DNA from: Promethearchaeota archaeon
GTDB taxonomy: Archaea; Asgardarchaeota; Lokiarchaeia; Sigyniarchaeales; SOKP01
Direction: 5' to 3'
Assembly: GCA_011364925.1 (NCBI GenBank)
Contig: RDOA01000050.1
Span: forward strand, 1-26,775
DNA: 26,775 nt
A program made the position numbers and the translations under genes. The notes below the pieces were generated by a model. That model ran no database searches. It had not been told where the DNA came from and saw only the letters and a program-made list of their open reading frames with translations. This document shows, in pieces, positions 25,086 through 26,775 of the stretch (positions are counted from its first letter, which is position 1; each line of letters begins with the position of its first letter).

Positions 25086-25877
25086 TTATTTTCCGACAAA
25101 TTTCGGTTCCTTTTTCTCGTTGAGAGCAAAGACGCCAATTTTGTAATCTTCAGTTTCTGCCGATTTAATTTGCATTTGGCGTTCGTTTTCTAAATGTTGT
25201 TCTAAAGGTGTGCTAAGCGCGTCAAAGAAAAGTTCCTTAGTTCTAGCGTACGTTAAAGTAGGACCGCTTGCAAGTTTTTGAGCCCATTCCATAGAAACGG
25301 CATCTAATTTTTCAGGGGGTACGATTTCGTTAATAAAGCCGAGCTGTCTCATTTCTTCCGCAGTGTACGTATCTCCAAAAAACGCCATTTGGGCTGCTTG
25401 TTGCCATGGAAGTTGACGACTAAGTATGATAGAACCAGCGAAACCTGGAATTAACGCTAATTTACTAAAGGATTGGCTAAACTTTGCATTTTCTGAAGCA
25501 ATTATTAAATCGCAAGATAATGCAAGGTTCATTCCTGCTCCTACTGCCCAGCCATTTACCGCAGCTATAACCGGTTTAGGATAAAGACGTAAATATAAAG
25601 CGATTTTATAAAGATCTCTAGTTAAGTCGTCCATAACCTGTGCTGAAGTTCCGCTTTCGATACTAGCTTTGAATTGTTTGATATCACCTCCAGCAGAAAA
25701 TGCTTTTCCGGAGCCGGTGATTACCAAACATCTGATGTTACCATCATCCCTAATAGCTTCTATTGTTTCTAATAACTCTTTACCCGTAGCCTTGTTTAAT
25801 GGATTGAAATTATCGGGATTCGTTAGGGTTACAACAGCAATATTATCTTTAACTGTCAATTTAACATTGTTTCCCAT
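25086..25877 (-). CDS. Enoyl-CoA hydratase/isomerase (crotonase) family protein, PaaG-like
   Basis: GKAFSAGGDI, PKPVIAAVNGWAVGAG.LAL.CD and terminal EKKEPKFVGK. ATG at 25877 preferred over TTG 25892. Confidence 0.92.
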   Translation of the reverse strand: MGNNVKLTVKDNIAVVTLTNPDNFNPLNKATGKELLETIEAIRDDGNIRCLVITGSGKAFSAGGDIKQFKASIESGTSAQVMDDLTRDLYKIALYLRLYPKPVIAAVNGWAVGAGMNLALSCDLIIASENAKFSQSFSKLALIPGFAGSIILSRQLPWQQAAQMAFFGDTYTAEEMRQLGFINEIVPPEKLDAVSMEWAQKLASGPTLTYARTKELFFDALSTPLEQHLENERQMQIKSAETEDYKIGVFALNEKKEPKFVGK

Positions 25878-25944
25878 TTTTCTTCTTCTCAAAGTATAAT
25901 TTGGATTTTAATTTTAAACTATAATTATTACCAATTTTCTACTT

Positions 25945-26745
25945 TTAAAAAAACATTCTAATCGCTAATCCTATCAAAACCACAGCAACAAAGAGTTGTA
26001 AATATCTTTTTGGCATTTTTTTTGATATTTTTGCCCCCAATATTGATCCTAAAACAGAACCTACCGCAATTAATAATCCTACCAAATAGTCAATCTGGCC
26101 TGTCAAGCTTTTTATTATTGTATTATATATAGCTGTAAAAAATATAATAGATGTTGAGATTGCAGTAGAATTGTGGATTGGGAAGTTTAAAACCATATGA
26201 AGTGAAGGTGTGTTTATAATACCACCTCCAATTCCGAGTAAATTTGCAACAAACCCTGCTAAGATAAATAAGGGGATAGATTTCTTAAAATTAGCTTTAT
26301 GGTCAAGGTTTTTTAGTGAAAACTCGATGTGACTAACCTCTTGCAGTTCTGTACTATTTTTTCGCTTAATCCCCTTATATATCATGTTTGTTCCTGCTAT
26401 GAGTAAAGTTATTGCGAATAATATCTTTAGGATGTCATTATCGATCGATATAAACGAAAATAGGATAGAGGCTAACAAACTTCCACTTATACTAAAAATG
26501 CTGAAAAATACTGAAATTTTAAAATTAGTTCTTTTCTGTCGTAGATAAGTTACAAACCCAGCAAAACTAGAAAAAAGAATGATGAATATGCTCGTATCAA
26601 CTGCAATGTTAATGGCAATTGAAAAGAGTATAGTCATGATAGATACAAAAAAAACCCCACCTCCAACTCCGGCTATTGAAGAAAGCATGCCAGAAAGAAG
26701 ACCAAGCAAAATTAACAGAAATACAATATAAGGGGTTAATTCCAT
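25945..26745 (-). CDS. Sulfite exporter TauE/SafE family membrane protein
   Basis: Duplicated G.GGG motifs (AGVGGG, LGIGGG), A..TS motifs and GS.LGA.I. Confidence 0.92.
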   Translation of the reverse strand: MELTPYIVFLLILLGLLSGMLSSIAGVGGGVFFVSIMTILFSIAINIAVDTSIFIILFSSFAGFVTYLRQKRTNFKISVFFSIFSISGSLLASILFSFISIDNDILKILFAITLLIAGTNMIYKGIKRKNSTELQEVSHIEFSLKNLDHKANFKKSIPLFILAGFVANLLGIGGGIINTPSLHMVLNFPIHNSTAISTSIIFFTAIYNTIIKSLTGQIDYLVGLLIAVGSVLGSILGAKISKKMPKRYLQLFVAVVLIGLAIRMFF

Positions 26746-26775
26746 AGTCTGAAAAATTGTGTATGTGTCATAAAT

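Noticed and set aside
4842-25899. Remaining short alternate-frame or antisense ORFs in the track (4842, 6597, 10867, 11111, 17011, 17674, 18009, 18274, 19248, 19914, 21405, 24369, 25669)
   Set aside because: All overlap well-supported genes and lack motifs or ribosome-binding sites.

Overview
AT-rich archaeal window, most likely from an Asgard archaeon (Lokiarchaeia-like). This is inferred from a gelsolin-domain protein of the Asgard 1DGelX type, BRE/TATA promoters, GGTGA/GGAGGT ribosome-binding sites and oligo-T terminators. No rRNA, tRNA, CRISPR array or transposase was seen. Gene content: a partial 4Fe-4S protein, an HxlR regulator, a large tandem winged-helix + TPR protein, an ABC-2 exporter, the gelsolin-like protein, two MFS transporters, three alpha/beta hydrolases, a MoxR-VWA-SWIM operon, AmrS radical SAM, a histidine phosphatase, an ABM protein, a CCG Fe-S oxidoreductase, a UbiA prenyltransferase, a crotonase and TauE. 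The most interesting part is the apparently empty stretch at about 1390-2700, which the ORF track largely misses. It holds (i) a Cys-rich 48-aa peptide divergent from a Cys-tailed HxlR, and (ii) a minus-strand array of short ORFs ending in Phe, two of them with identical AAAAGGAGGT sites. The first ORF of that array carries a GC-rich hairpin, and the array is transcribed divergently from the wHTH-TPR gene across a palindromic operator. This is a candidate archaeal peptide/TPR-receptor regulatory system (inference, untested). All product calls come from motif recognition, not database searches.
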